Origin: Macrostomum lignano
Lineage: Eukaryota
NCBI GenBank assembly: GCA_002269645.1
Contig: NIVC01000151.1
Location: forward strand, 186,001-250,000
Reading direction: 5' to 3'
DNA: 64,000 nt
Shown here: one piece after another, positions 10,770-24,266 of the stretch
Layout: the number at the start of each line of letters is the position of its first letter
Position numbering within the stretch: the first letter of the stretch is position 1
Position numbers and translations under genes: made by a program
Notes under the pieces: model-generated
What the model was told of the DNA's origin: nothing
The model's input: the letters and a program-made list of their open reading frames with translations, nothing else
The model's database searches: none

Positions 10770-13700
10770 TGCGATAGTGGCTTGATAATCACACAACCTG
10801 TGATAGTGTCTTGATAATCACACAACCTGTGATAGTGTCTTGATAATCACACAACCTGTGATAATGGCTTGACAATCTCAGTGGCTGTAATAGTGGCTTG
10901 ATAATCTCACAACCTGTGATAGTGTCTTGATAATCACACAACCTGTGATAATGGCTTGACAATCTCAGTGGCTGTAATAGTGGCTTGATAATCTCACAAC
11001 CTGTGATAGTGTCTTGATAATCACACAACCTGTGATAATGGCTTGACAATCTCAGTGGCTGTAATAGTGGCTTGATAATCTCACAACCTGTGATAGTGTC
11101 TTGATAATCACACAACCTGTGATAATGGCTTGACAATCTCAGTGGCTGTAATAGTGGCTTGATAATCTCACAACCTGTGATAGTGTCTTGATAATCACAC
11201 AACCTGTGATAATGGCTTGACAATCTCAGTGGCTGTAATAGTGGCTTGATAATCTCACAACCTGTGATAGTGTCTTGATAATCACACAACCTGTGATAAT
11301 GGCTTGACAATCTCAGTGGCTGTAATAGTGGCTTGATAATCTCACAACCTGTGATAGTGTCTTGATAATCACACAACCTGTGATAATGGCTTGACAATCT
11401 CAGTGGCTGTAATAGTGGTTTGATAATCTCACAACCTGTGATAGTGGCTTGACAATCTCACTGGCTGTAATAGTGGCTTGATAATCTCACAACCTGTGAT
11501 AGTGGCTTGACAATCTCACTGGCTGTAATAGTGGCTTGATAATCTCACAACCTGTGATAGTGGCTTGATAATCTCACAACCTGTGATAGTGGCTTGGTAA
11601 TCTCACAACCTGTGATAGTGGCTTGATAATCACACAACCTGTGATAGTGGCTTGACAATCTCACTGGCTGTAATAGTGGCTTGGTAATCTCACAACCTGT
11701 GATAGTGGCTTGATAATCTCACAACCTGTGAGTTTCTTGATAATCACACAACCTGTGATAGTGGCTTGATAATCTCACAACCTGTGATAGTGGCTTGATA
11801 ATCTCACAACCCGTGATAGTGTCTTGATAATCACACAACCTGTGATAGTGGCTTGATAATCTCACAACCTGTGAAAGTGGCTTGATAATCTCACAACCTG
11901 TGAGTGTCTTGATAATCACACAACCTGTGATAGTGGCTTGATAATCTCACAACCTGTGATAGTGGCTTGGTAATCTCACAACCTGTGATAGTGGCTTGAT
12001 AATCACACAACCTGTGATAGTGGCTTGACAATCTCACTGGCTGTAATAGTGGCTTGGTAATCTCACAACCTGTGATAGTGGCTTGATAATCTCACAACCT
12101 GTGAAAGTGGCTTGATAATCTCACAACCTGTGAGTTTCTTGATAATCACACAACCTGTGATAGTGGCTTGGTAATCTCACAACCTGTGATAGTGGCTTGA
12201 TAATCTCACAACCCGTGATAGTGTCTTGATAATCACACAACCTGTGATAGTGGCTTGATAATCTCACAACCTGTGAAAGTGGCTTGATAATCTCACAACC
12301 TGTGAGTGTCTTGATAATCACACAACCTGTGATAGTGGCTTGATAATCTCACAACCTGTAATAGTGGCTTGATAATCTCACAACCTGTGATAGTGGCTTG
12401 ACAATCTCACTGGCTGTAATAGTGGCTTGATAATCTCACAACCTGTGATAGTGGCTTGATAATCTCACAACCTGTGATAGTGGCTTGGTAATCTCACAAC
12501 CTGTGATAGTGGCTTGATAATCACACAACCTGTGATAGTGGCTTGACAATCTCACTGGCTGTAATAGTGGCTTGGTAATCTCACAACCTGTGATAGTGGC
12601 TTGATAATCTCACAACCTGTGAAAGTGGCTTGATAATCTCACAACCTGTGAGTTTCTTGATAATCACACAACCTGTGATAGTGGCTTGATAATCTCACAA
12701 CCTGTGATAATGGCTTGATAATCTCACAACCTGTGATAGTGGCTTGATAATCACACAACCTGTGATAGTGGCTTGACAATCTCACTGGCTGTAATAGTGG
12801 CTTGATAATCTCACAACCTGTGAAAGTGGCTTGATAATCTCACAACCTGTGAGTTTCTTGATAATCACACAACCTGTGATAGTGGCTTGATAATCTCACA
12901 ACCTGTGATAGTGGCTTGATAATCTCACAACCCGTGATAGTGTCTTGATAATCACACAACCTGTGATAGTGGCTTGATAATCTCACAACCTGTGAAAGTG
13001 GCTTGATAATCTCACAACCTGTGAGTGTCTTGATAATCACACAACCTGTGATAGTGGCTTGATAATCTCACAACCTGTGAAAGTGGCTTGATAATCTCAC
13101 AACCTGTGAGTGTCTTGATAATCACACAACCTGTGATAGTGGCTTGATAATCTCACAACCTGTGATAGTGGCTTGATAATCTCACAACCCGTGATAGTGT
13201 CTTGATAATCTCACAACCTGTGATAGTGGCTTGATAATCTCACAACCTGTGATAGTGGCTTGATAATCTCACAACCCGTGATAGTGTCTTGATAATCACA
13301 CAACCTGTGATAGTGGCTTGGTAATCTCACAACCTGTGATAGTGTCTTGATAATCACACAACCTGTGATAGTGGCTTGATAATCTCACAACCCGTGATAG
13401 TGTCTTGATAATCACACAACCTGTGATAGTGGCTTGATAATCTCACAACCTGTGAAAGTGGCTTGATAATCTCACAACCTGTGATAGTGGCTTGATAATC
13501 ACACAACCTGTGATAGTGGCTTGATAATCTCACAACCTGTGAAAGTGGCTCGACAATCTCACTGGCTGTAATAGTGGCTTGAAAATCTCACAACCCGTGA
13601 TAGTGGCTCGACAATCTCACTGGCTGTAATAGTGGCTTGACAATCTCACTGGCTGTAATAGTGGCTTGACAATCTCACTGGCTGTAATAGTGGCTTGACA

Positions 13701-13975
13701 ATCTCACTGGCTGTAATAGTGGCTTGACAATCTCACTGGCTGTAATAGTGGCTTGACAATCTCACTGGCTGTAATAGTGGCTTGACAATCTCACTGGCTG
13801 TGATAGTGGCTTGACAATCTCACTGGCTGTAATAGTGGCTTGACAATCTCACTGGCTGTAATAGTGGCTTGACAATCTCACTGGCTGTAATAGTGGCTTG
13901 ACAATCTCACTGGCTGTAATAGTGGCTTGACAATCTCACTGGCTGTAATAGTGGCTTGACAATCTCACTGCGATC
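10770..13975. repeat. 3.2-kb 29-bp minisatellite with an 87-bp higher-order trimer block
   Basis: Unit GTGATAGTGGCTTGATAATCTCACAACCT plus variant CTGGCTGTAATAGTGGCTTGACAATCTCA; trimer repeated ~6 times at ~10860-11400. Confidence 0.96.
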
Positions 13976-15670
13976 TTAATACCGTCTCGAGAATCCCACT
14001 GGCTGTAATAGTGGCTTGATAATTTCACTGCGATGTATTAGTGGCTTGATAATCTGCCTGCAATTTCAGCGGCCATCTACGTGGCGACAGGATAAATGTA
14101 TTTGATCAATGCTCACAGAAGCTGATAAGTTACAAAGATCATACGTATTTTACGAGGTCTCCAAGGACTGCTGCTTGCCTACAGCCTTGATCACAACAGC
14201 CGCACCAGCAGATTCCACACTGCGGAATTGGCTATTAGCCTAACCAATGACTGGATTAAAGTCATATTTCGGATTTCCGAGCTTCGAATTAACAAAACGC
14301 GCAATAGAATTTTGTCCAACAAGTGCCGAGCATCGCCGGAAACGAGGCGTAAAGACAACCCAAGACAGCAGCCCAAATGAGGCCGGGAGTTTCCACTTGC
14401 AAAGAGCGAATTCTCACGGATTGCCAAATAAGCCAGTTAGTGTTGACTTTGGGCAGAAATCAGATATAGCAGAACTGCTGGCACAGTTATCGGACTGGCA
14501 CACACTGCAGCTACTGAGCTGCAACTGCGGCAGGCTGGGGCTGCCTAAATAGCGAACTGGAGGCGGCAGCGTGAGAGCCGAGCCAGGCGGCCTGGGCACA
14601 ACAATGCAGGCGGGATGGCGCTCCGCTGACAGACAAGAGCTGCGGAGCTGCTCCAACACTGTCGCAGGCGGCGGCATCTGCGCAGCGGCTCCCAGGCCGG
14701 CAGTCCGTCAACGGGAGCGGGTCGGAGCAGGCGTGGCCTGGCATCAATCAGGGGCTGCAGCAGGTCGGGTTTCGGGGGCTCAGATGCGGGCGCAGATGTC
14801 AGCGCGGCCGGGAGTATCGAAATGCGGGGCTCCGAGAGCTCCAAAAAAATTTCCTTATCACGAGCGAAATTTGCGACCTCCGAGAGAGAAAAAATCAGAG
14901 CGGGAAAAGCGGAACGCGGCGGCTCTGGCGGATTTGTTAATCTCTAGAGTTAATTTCACTGAACTGGGAGACGATTGTTGGTGGGAATTTTAAGCATTTT
15001 GAGGATTTTGTAAATTATATTTGTAGATTTTTCAATTTTACGCAGGCGGCCCGTCTGCGGAGGCAGCACTGATTGAAACGGAGAAAAACGCAGGGCAAAG
15101 CGTCTGTCGCAGCAGCTACCGCGGGCCGGGGCTGAAACTACGGCTGACGGCCCGGCCCGCGCAGAATTAAAACAAAAGCGGCATGAATATTGTCAGACAG
15201 AACTGAGTCGGGAGTAGAAATAACTGTTTATAGCGATAGAACCAAAAATAAATTTGTTTCTGCAAGCAGGCGAATTACTACTACTCATAATAAGTAGCGA
15301 TAATTGGGGCAGAAAATTAATTTTTGTTAGAGTCAGCGCGGCGACACGGCGGTAAAAAGGAAGTTTGAAAATTTCAGCAAAACAAAAAATTAAGGAGGAG
15401 CCGGCGGGGCAGCGCAGCAATTCATTATTGAAGTTTGAATTTTCACTTATTTTTAACACAATTCGACGCCTAAGCGCGCTACGCCTACTAACAGTACCGG
15501 TAGAACTAAGTAGTAATTAAAGTAAAAAACAGTCAAACACGAAAAATAAAACATAAGCGCAGAGCGGCAGAGTTTTGAGTAGCCAACTTTCTGAATTTCC
15601 CTCACTTTGCCCCCCCCCCCGCAGCCTGGAAATTGGGAAGTCCCGCAGGCTCTCTGCAGCATCGGACTCA

Positions 15671-17508
15671 AGCTAAATCACTCACAACCCAGCTCAATTG
15701 CTAAATCACTCACAACCCAGCTCAATTGCTAAATCACCCAAAACCCAGCTTAATTGCTAAATCACTCACAACCCAGCTCAATTGCTAAATCACTCACAAC
15801 CCAGCTCAATTGCTAAATCACCCAAAACCCAGCTTAATTGCTAAATCACTCACAACCCAGCTCAATTGCTAAATCACTCACAACCCAGCTCAATTGCTAA
15901 ATCACCCAAAACCCAGCTCAATTGCTAAATCACTCACAACCCAGCTCAATTGCTAAATCACCCAAAACCCAGCTCAATTGCTAAATCACTCACAACCCAG
16001 CTCAATTGCTAAATCACCCAAAACCCAGCTTAATTGCTAAATCACTCACAACCCAGCTCAATTGCTAAATCACTCACAACCCAGCTCAATTGCTAAATCA
16101 CCCAAAACCCAGCTCAATTGCTAAATCACTCACAACCCAGCTCAATTGCTAAATCACCCAAAACCCAGCTTAATTGCTAAATCACTCACAACCCAGCTCA
16201 ATTGCTAAATCACTCACAACCCAGCTCAATTGCTAAATCACTCACAACCCAGCTCAATTGCTAAATGACTCACAACCCAGCTCAATTGCTAAATCACTCA
16301 CAACCCAGCTCAATTGCTAAATCACTCACAACCCAGCTCAATTGCTAAATCACTCACAACCCAGCTCAATTGCTAAATCACTCACAACCCAGCTCAATTG
16401 CTAAATCACCCAAAACCCAGCTCAATTGCTAAATCACCCAAAACCCAGCTCAATTGCTAAATCACTCAAAACCCAGCTCAATTGCTAAATCACCCAAAAC
16501 CCAGCTCAATTGCTAAATCACTCACAACCCAGCTCAATTGCTAAATCACCCAAAACCCAGCTTAATTGCTAAATCACTCACAACCCAGCTCAATTGCTAA
16601 ATCACCCAAAACCCAGCTTAATTGCTAAATCACTCACAACCCAGCTCAATTGCTAAATCACTCAAAACCCAGCTCAATTGCTAAATCACTCAAAACCCAG
16701 CTCAATTGCTAAATCACTCAAAACCCAGCTCAATTGCTAAATCACCCAAAACCCAGCTTAATTGCTAAATCACTCACAACCCAGCTCAATTGCTAAATCA
16801 CCCAAAACCCAGCTTAATTGCTAAATCACTCAAAACCCAGCTCAATTGCTAAATCACTCAAAACCCAGCTTAATTGCTAAATCACTCAAAACCCAGCTCA
16901 AGCTAAATCACTCAAAACCCAGCTCAAGCTAAATCACTCAAAACCCAGCTCAATTGCTAAATCACTCAAAACCCAGCTCAAGCTAAATCACCCAAAACCC
17001 AGCTCAAGCTAAATCACTCAAAACCCAGCTCAAGCTAAATCACTCAAAACCCAGCTCAAGCTAAATCACTCAAAACCCAGCTCAAGCTAAATCACTCAAA
17101 ACCCAGCTCAATTGCTAAATCACTCAAAACCCAGCTCAAGCTAAATCACTCAAAACCCAGCTCAATTGCTAAATCACTCAAAACCCAGCTCAATTGCTAA
17201 ATCACTCAAAACCCAGCTCAAGCTAAATCACTCAAAACCCAGCTCAAGCTAAATCACTCAAAACCCAGCTCAATTGCTAAATCACTCAAAACCCAGCTCA
17301 AGCTAAATCACTCAAAACCCAGCTCAATTGCTAAATCACTCAAAACCCAGCTCAATTGCTAAATCACTCAAAACCCAGCTCAAGCTAAATCACTCAAAAC
17401 CCAGCTCAATTGCTAAATCACTCAAAACCCAGCTCAATTGCTAAATCACTCAAAACCCAGCTCAAGCTAAATCACTCAAAACCCAGCTCAATTGCTAAAT
17501 CACTCAAA
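15671..17508. repeat. 28/26-bp minisatellite, ~1.8 kb
   Basis: Unit GCTAAATCACTCACAACCCAGCTCAATT; a 26-bp variant lacking TT is confined to the right third. Confidence 0.96.
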
Positions 17509-18071
17509 ACCCGAGCTCTCGGAATAAAAACGATGCGACAATCGAAATGGGCGATAAAAATGGGGGAAAAGAATTCAGTTCGGCAGCTCGGGGTAAAAAT
17601 CAACAGGGCTGTGACCGCCGGGCCGGGGCTGGAATTACATCAGACGCGGCAATGCCCGCGCTGCACTACTAGCTAGCTAGCAACAGTGAGTAGTATTTAG
17701 TGCGGTAGATTAGTAAGCATGAGAGATGGAGAGGCAGAAGAAGAGCAAACAAATCAGCAAACAAACGATGGAGCAGAACAATTCTATGGGTGCAGCACAG
17801 AGGAGCGGAGTGAGGAAACAGATTAATATTATAGTAATAGTAAACTGGTATGCATCGGTTACTAACGCAAGTATTATGTAATTTCAATATGTATAAAAGT
17901 CTGCTATATTACGGCGGCGGAGCGAGCAAACAGAAACACGGATTCGGGGACGCTCCCTCGGGCGCCTCGCTGCAATGGGGAGATGCGGGGGGGGGGTCCG
18001 GTCAGGCTGTGGGGCTGCGTGACAGAGCAGAAGCGGCGCTGGCACTCACCCGCTGGCTAGTTGGCGCTGCT

Positions 18072-18132
18072 CTAATCGTAGGACTCGTATTCTGGGTTCC
18101 ACTTCTGGTACAGGCTCTCCACCAGGGCCTTC
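18072..18132 (-). CDS. PPM1A: Protein phosphatase 2C (PPM1A/B-like) exon 3
   Basis: Acceptor TTGCAG|; encodes [20 protein letters not shown], aligning with PPM1A RNVIEAVYNRLNPY. Confidence 0.85.
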
Positions 18133-18189
18133 CTGCAAGGCAAATTGTTCAGTGAGGCTGGCTGTGCAGTGCGGGATGGATAAAGGCAG

Positions 18190-18233
18190 GTAGACAGACA
18201 GACAGACAGACACACAGACAGACAGAGACAGAC

Positions 18234-18268
<35 letters not shown>

Positions 18269-18305
18269 CACAGACAGACAGACAGACAGACAGACAGAGA
18301 CAGAC

Positions 18306-18336
<31 letters not shown>

Positions 18337-18337
18337 C

Positions 18338-18388
<51 letters not shown>

Positions 18389-18435
18389 CAGACAGACAGA
18401 CACACAGACAGACACACAGACAGACAGAGACAGAC

Positions 18436-18494
<59 letters not shown>

Positions 18495-18515
18495 CACAGA
18501 CAGACAGAGACAGAC

Positions 18516-18554
<39 letters not shown>

Positions 18555-18625
18555 CAGACAGACATACAGACAGACAGACAGACAGACAGACACAGACAGA
18601 CAGACAAATAGACAGACAGACAGAC

Positions 18626-18676
<51 letters not shown>

Positions 18677-18697
18677 CACAGACAGACAGAGACAGAC

Positions 18698-18740
<43 letters not shown>

Positions 18741-18779
18741 CAGACAGACAGACAGACACACAGACAGCCAGAGACAGAC

Positions 18780-18822
<43 letters not shown>

Positions 18823-18870
18823 CAGACAGACATACAGACACAGACAGACAGACAGACAGACACACACAGA
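18190..18870. repeat. (CAGA/GACA)n microsatellite filling PP2C intron 2
   Basis: Imperfect tetranucleotide tract occupying ~680 of 750 intron bases. Confidence 0.97.
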
Positions 18871-18882
18871 CGCTCTCCTTAC

Positions 18883-19260
18883 TTTGCTGCCAGGCCACCG
18901 CCGGGCGGCAGGTCCTCGGCGTTGATGGAGGCCTGCAGCTGGCACAGCAGCTCCATAAGGTCGATCTTGGAGTTCTCGTTCATCTTCTCCGTCACCTTGG
19001 TCTCGATGAGGCGGTCCAGCGCCTTGTCCCGCGCCACGGCCGCTTCGTCAACGGAGTGCGCCTTGTCGAAGGCGATGATGATGACGCTCATGTTGTCGCG
19101 GCTGCCCTTGTGCAGGCAGGTGTCCACCACATCGTCACAGACGGCGGACAGGGAATTCCGCACGCGGGCCCGGTCCAGCACGAAGCTGCAGAGCTCCTCG
19201 TTCGTCATCACGTCCCAGATTCCGTCGCAGGCGAGCACGATGAACTGGTCTTTGTCGTCC
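18883..19260 (-). CDS. PPM1A: Protein phosphatase 2C (PPM1A/B-like) exon 2
   Basis: [18 protein letters not shown]...[19 protein letters not shown]...[10 protein letters not shown]; acceptor TCAG| at 19261, donor AA|GTAAGG. Confidence 0.94.
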
Positions 19261-19339
19261 CTGACGTTGGGGTGAGTGGTTTTACGAGTTTGACGCTCAG
19301 TCCTTGTTGCGGTAATGCAGAATCTCCTGCCTGGTTCGC

Positions 19340-19540
19340 GGCTGAATACCCCACCTTGTAGACGCTGAATTCCCCACCGTGTAGACGCTGAATTCCCCAT
19401 CATGTAGACGCTGAATTCCCCACCTTGTAGACGCTGAATTCCCCACCGTGTAGATGCTGAATTCCCCACCTTGTAGACGCTGAATTCCCCACCTTGTAGA
19501 CGCTGAATTCCCCACTGTGTAGACGCTGAATTCCCCACCT
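19340..19540. repeat. 23-bp minisatellite, ~9 copies, PP2C intron 1
   Basis: Unit GTAGACGCTGAATTCCCCACCTT. Confidence 0.92.
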
Positions 19541-19918
19541 GGGCGACTCCAAAGGCCCCCATCCCTACTCTAGCAATTTCTGTATTCTTGCGATTTATAT
19601 TTTTTCAGGTAAAATTTAGCCAGATTTTTATAAACTGCTTACTAAAAGGAGCTGCCTACGAAAGCGTTAACTAAAAAGCAGTCCTCACTGTGCCTGCACA
19701 ATGCAGAAAGGCTGAGGCAAGCCGGAAATTCGCCCAGGATTGGGGAAGCCAAATTTGAAGAATACAACAGAGAAAATGTGGGATTTTAATGCGATTTATT
19801 AACCAATAATGACAGGCCTAGAGGATCAGATAGATGGCGGACAAGAGGCTATTAGCGCCTGGGGGAGCTGAGCTTTGAGAAAGCGGCATAAAAATTAAGC
19901 ATTTAGGATTACACTGGT

Positions 19919-21540
19919 ATCAGCTGATGCTTAGCCACCTGAGAATTGGGATCAGCTGATGCTTAGCCACCTGAGAATTGGGATCAGCTGATGCTTAGCC
20001 ACCTCAGAATTGGGATCAGCTGATGCTTAGCTTCCTGAGGATTGAGATCAGCTGATGCTTAGCTTCCTGAGGATTGGGATCAGCTGATGCTTAGCCACCT
20101 GAGGATTGGGATCAGCTGATGCTTAGCCTGAGAATTGGGATCAGCTAATGCTTAGTCACCTGAGGATTGGGATCAGCTGATGCTTAGTCACCTGAGAATT
20201 GGGATCAGCTGATGCTTAGCCACCTGAGAATTGGGATCAGCTGATGCTTAGCTTTCTGAGGATTGAGATCAGCTGATGCTTAGCTACCTGAGAATTGGGA
20301 TCAGCTGATGCTTAGCCTGAGAATTGGGATCAGCTGATGCTTAGCCACCTGAGGATTGAGATCAGCTGATGCTTAGCTACCTGAGAATTGGGATCAGCTG
20401 ATGCTTAGCCACCTGAGGATTGGGATCAGCTAATGCTTAGTAACCTGGGAATTGGGATCAGCTGATGCTTAGTCACCTGAGGATTGAGATCAGCTGATGC
20501 TTAGCTTCCTGAGGATTGGGATCAGCTGATGCTTAGCCTGAGAATTGGGATCAGCTGATGCTTAGTCACATGAGAATTGGGATCAGCTGATGCTTAGCCT
20601 GAGAATTGGGATCAGCTGATGCTTAGCCTGAGAATTGGGATCAGCTGATGCTTAGCCTGAATTTTGGGATCAGCTGATGCTTAGCCTGAGAATTGGGATC
20701 AGCTGATGCTTAGCCACCTGAGAATTGAGATCAGCTGATGCTTAGCTTGAGAATTGGGATCAGCTGATGCTTAGCCTGAGAATTGGGATCAGCTGATGCT
20801 TAGTCACCTGAGAATTGGGATCAGCTGATGCTTAGCAACCTGAGGATTGGGATCAGCTGATGCTTAGCTACCTGAGAATTAGGATCAGCTGATGCTTAGC
20901 CTGAGAATTGGGATCAGCTGATGCTTAGCCACCTGAGGATTGAGATCAGCTGATGCTTAGCTACCTGAGAATTGGGATCAGCTGATGCTTAGCCACCTGA
21001 GGATTGGGATCAGCTAATGCTTAGTCACCTGGGAATTGGGATCAGCTGATGCTTAGTCACCTGAGGATTGAGATCAGCTGATGCTTAGCTTCCTGAGGAT
21101 TGGGATCAGCTGATGCTTAGCCTGAGAATTGGGATCAGCTGATGCTTAGTCACCTGAGAATTGGGATCAGCTGATGCTTAGCCTGAGAATTGGGATCAGC
21201 TGATGCTTAGCCTGAGAATTGGGATCAGCTGATGCTTAGCCTGAGGATTGGGATCAGCTGATGCTTAGCCTGAGAATTGGGATCAGCTGATGCTTAGCCT
21301 GAGAATTGAGATCAGCTGATGCTTAGCTTGAGAATTGGGATCAGCTGATGCTTAGCAACCTGAGGATTGGGATCAGCTAATGCTTAGTCACCTGGGAATT
21401 GGGATCAGCTGATGCTTAGTCACCTGAGAATTGGGATCAGCTGATGCTTAGCAACCTGAGGATTGGGATCAGCTGATACTTAGCCACCTGAGGATTGGGA
21501 TCAGCTGAGGCTTAGTCACCTGGGAATTGGGATCAGCTAA
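19919..21540. repeat. 32/29-bp minisatellite, ~50 copies, PP2C intron 1
   Basis: Plus-strand unit GATCAGCTGATGCTTAGCCACCTGAGAATTGG containing the palindrome ATCAGCTGAT. Confidence 0.96.
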
Positions 21541-21627
21541 TAAAAGCCGCCATCTCAAGACCGAATGCAGAAGCAAGTCACTTGATTCTGGTGACAAATT
21601 AACGGGCCAAGCTAGGCAGCGATTTAC

Positions 21628-22310
21628 CTGGACTCTGAGAAAATCTCAGGCTCGGGAGACACCAGCTGCTCGGTGGGCCCCCGCCCGCAAACATTCTTGT
21701 AGTCGTAGTCGCCAAGTGACCGGCTGACGGCCAGGGAGCCGTTGACCCGCTGGATCATGACGGAGCCGCCGGCGTTCTGAATGCGCTCCTTCTCAACCGG
21801 GTTGATGGGCTTGTGGTCCATGGTGGCCAAGGCCACCTTGCCGTCGCGCACCAGGATGCCGCGGGAGTCGCCGCAGTTGGCGAAGTAGATGTGGTGCGGG
21901 CTGATGAGGACGCACACGGCGGTGCTACCGCTCTTGTCCTGGCCGAGTTCCACCTCGGGAATTTTGCGCATCTTGCTGTCCAGGTTCAGGAAGCCGTCAC
22001 GGATGCCCCGCTGCACGTCCTCAAACGGCGGCACGGCGTCCGGGTCCAGCTTCTTGAAGTCGTCAGTCTCAACGATGGCGTTGAGCAGCTGCTGGGCGCA
22101 GTGGGCGCTGATGCGGGCGCCCGCGTGGCCGTCAAACACGGCAAAGAAGGACCACTTGGCCAGGTTGCCGGGCAGGCCGGTGACGGCGCAGTGGGCGTCC
22201 TCCATCTCGATGCGCCAGCCCTGCATGCTGGACAGGCCGTAGGTCAGGCCGTTGCCCTCCCCGCTGTCATTTTGCTTGTCAATCTTAGGCTTGTCAAGGA
22301 AGGCTCCCAT
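21628..22310 (-). CDS. PPM1A: Protein phosphatase 2C (PPM1A/B-like) exon 1; full model 373 aa
   Basis: MGAFLDKPK (N-myristoylation-type start), [47 protein letters not shown]; donor AG|GTAAAT. Exons 683+378+61 = 1122 nt, in frame. Confidence 0.97.
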
Positions 22311-24266
22311 TGGCTTTTAGTCTGCGCGTGCGAGATGGCGCAGCAGCAGTTTGCGGCAAAAAGCAATGCAAATACAAAGTTACAAATAATTCATGGTTGT
22401 GAAATACTTTTGCTAGCAATGCACTTTACTACTATTTAGTTTGCGCCATTGGTTAGTTTGGCTGTCTCGGTTTTAGACAGAATCATGGTATATCTATAAT
22501 TTATGATAATGATAATAAAGACTACTAAATGAGACTAAGCCTATGGTGAAGCAGCTAAGGCTTCCTGTCTTTATCTCTTTCTAAATGTAACAAAATTACA
22601 CAACCAAGGAAAGAAGCAAATTTAGCCAGTTCAATATACAGTTAAAGCAGTAGATCAGATATAAAAGCTAGAGCATTTTCTAATGCCATTTCCTATTACT
22701 TTTGACCATAGACACCATTTTCTAACATGGCACTATGTTGCAGCACCAATTCAAACTTGAAAACAAAACCAGGAAACAAACTGGAAGATCACCATAACTG
22801 GATAATATCATAGTCACAAATAGTACAAATAAAATGAATATATAGTTGTAAAACTTTTAATGCAGAATAAAAAGTAAATTAGAACTTGACAAAATAGAAA
22901 AAACATTTTGTCAAAAGGCTTCTAAAATATATTTAGCATAGTTAGCTACTAAATAAAATACCAACAAGCTTATCATCTTTTTTTTAAAAATGGCTTTTTT
23001 AAAAACCCTAATACTTATAAAAATAAGGGATGATACAGTGTTGGGCACAAGTCCATTAATAAGTGTTAATCTATTAATAAATAATAATAAATGTTAAGAT
23101 TTTTCATTAACATTAACAGAATGCCATTAAGATTTTGTGAGTTAATAGCAATTTCATCATTAATGCTAATGACAATGTCAATAAGTCCAAAGACACTAAG
23201 AAAGAACAAAAATGTCTGATAAGAAGTTACATTACAAATTTAATTTACCTGCATGCCTAATTAATCTCTTTTTTATGAGGATGACTATGCAATATAACAA
23301 ATTCTCACTTATTACCTTTATTATTATTAAAATCTATATACTAACTTTGCATTGTTTGTCTGTCTGTCTGTCTGTCATTGATTTTTTTGAGAACTGTCTA
23401 GCTTTTTAATAAAAATTAGAAATAAAAATTATTTGAATGAATGGATCAAATATTTGTATAACAATTTATTTAATGCTTTCAATGGGCACTTCTGTTTCTA
23501 AATTCAATTGTTCAGTTCAACCATTTAGGCCTTTCCTTGGCCAATGTACAATGTAGGATATAAATTTACATTAAAGCTAAAAGAGTTTTTTAACCCTTCA
23601 CATGGTGGGCTGGCAATTTGTGTGGTTGGTTGAATTTTATTATTTTTTACTATCCAGTCTAATAGACAGTTGATGAAAAGAGTGGGTGCATAGGAGGTTA
23701 AAAAGCTGGCCTGAAATTTATCAACCTTCTAAACTGCTCTGATCTTTTGTTTTATCTTATGAATACAACACTGGGTGGTGCAGTTGCAGATAAGGGCAGT
23801 AGCTAATGGGGTTGGTTAATTAATTAAGATTTATTTGGCAAATTGGTATATAAAATTTATATAAAATTTATTTATATTATACGAATTGTTAGTAAGTCAA
23901 ATATTAAAAAAACATGCTTTTTAATGCTTTCAATGTTTGAATTTTTTATTTGAACACCTACCATTAGGGGCTTATTGTGGTAGTGTGCTTATATATACTT
24001 AGACATCGAAAAGTCATCATCACAGAAGATTCTGTCTATGGTTGCCTCTTTTGAGAGTGCAAGCAAAGTCTTTTGATCTTTGCAAGTAATGCAACTAAGT
24101 TGCAACTGCAACTATATGCAACTGCAGTTGAGGAATGAAGTGGGAGGAGAGAGGTGTAGTGTGTGAGGGTTTTGTTGGATAGATTAAAGCTACTGAATCA
24201 GTTTGCTCATATCTTTTATTTTAGAATAGTCTAAGAGAAATTGCTTACTGGCACATTATAAGTATA

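Noticed and set aside
14191-15459. Short ORFs in the GC-rich island between the two big arrays
   Set aside because: No homology signal or consistent exon structure; more likely promoter or UTR sequence.
10770-17508. Long regular arrays as CRISPR
   Set aside because: Units are head-to-tail with no unique spacers, there are no cas genes, and the context is eukaryotic and spliced.
18046-18945. CLSV-repeat ORFs
   Set aside because: They read through a (CAGA)n microsatellite lying inside PP2C intron 2.
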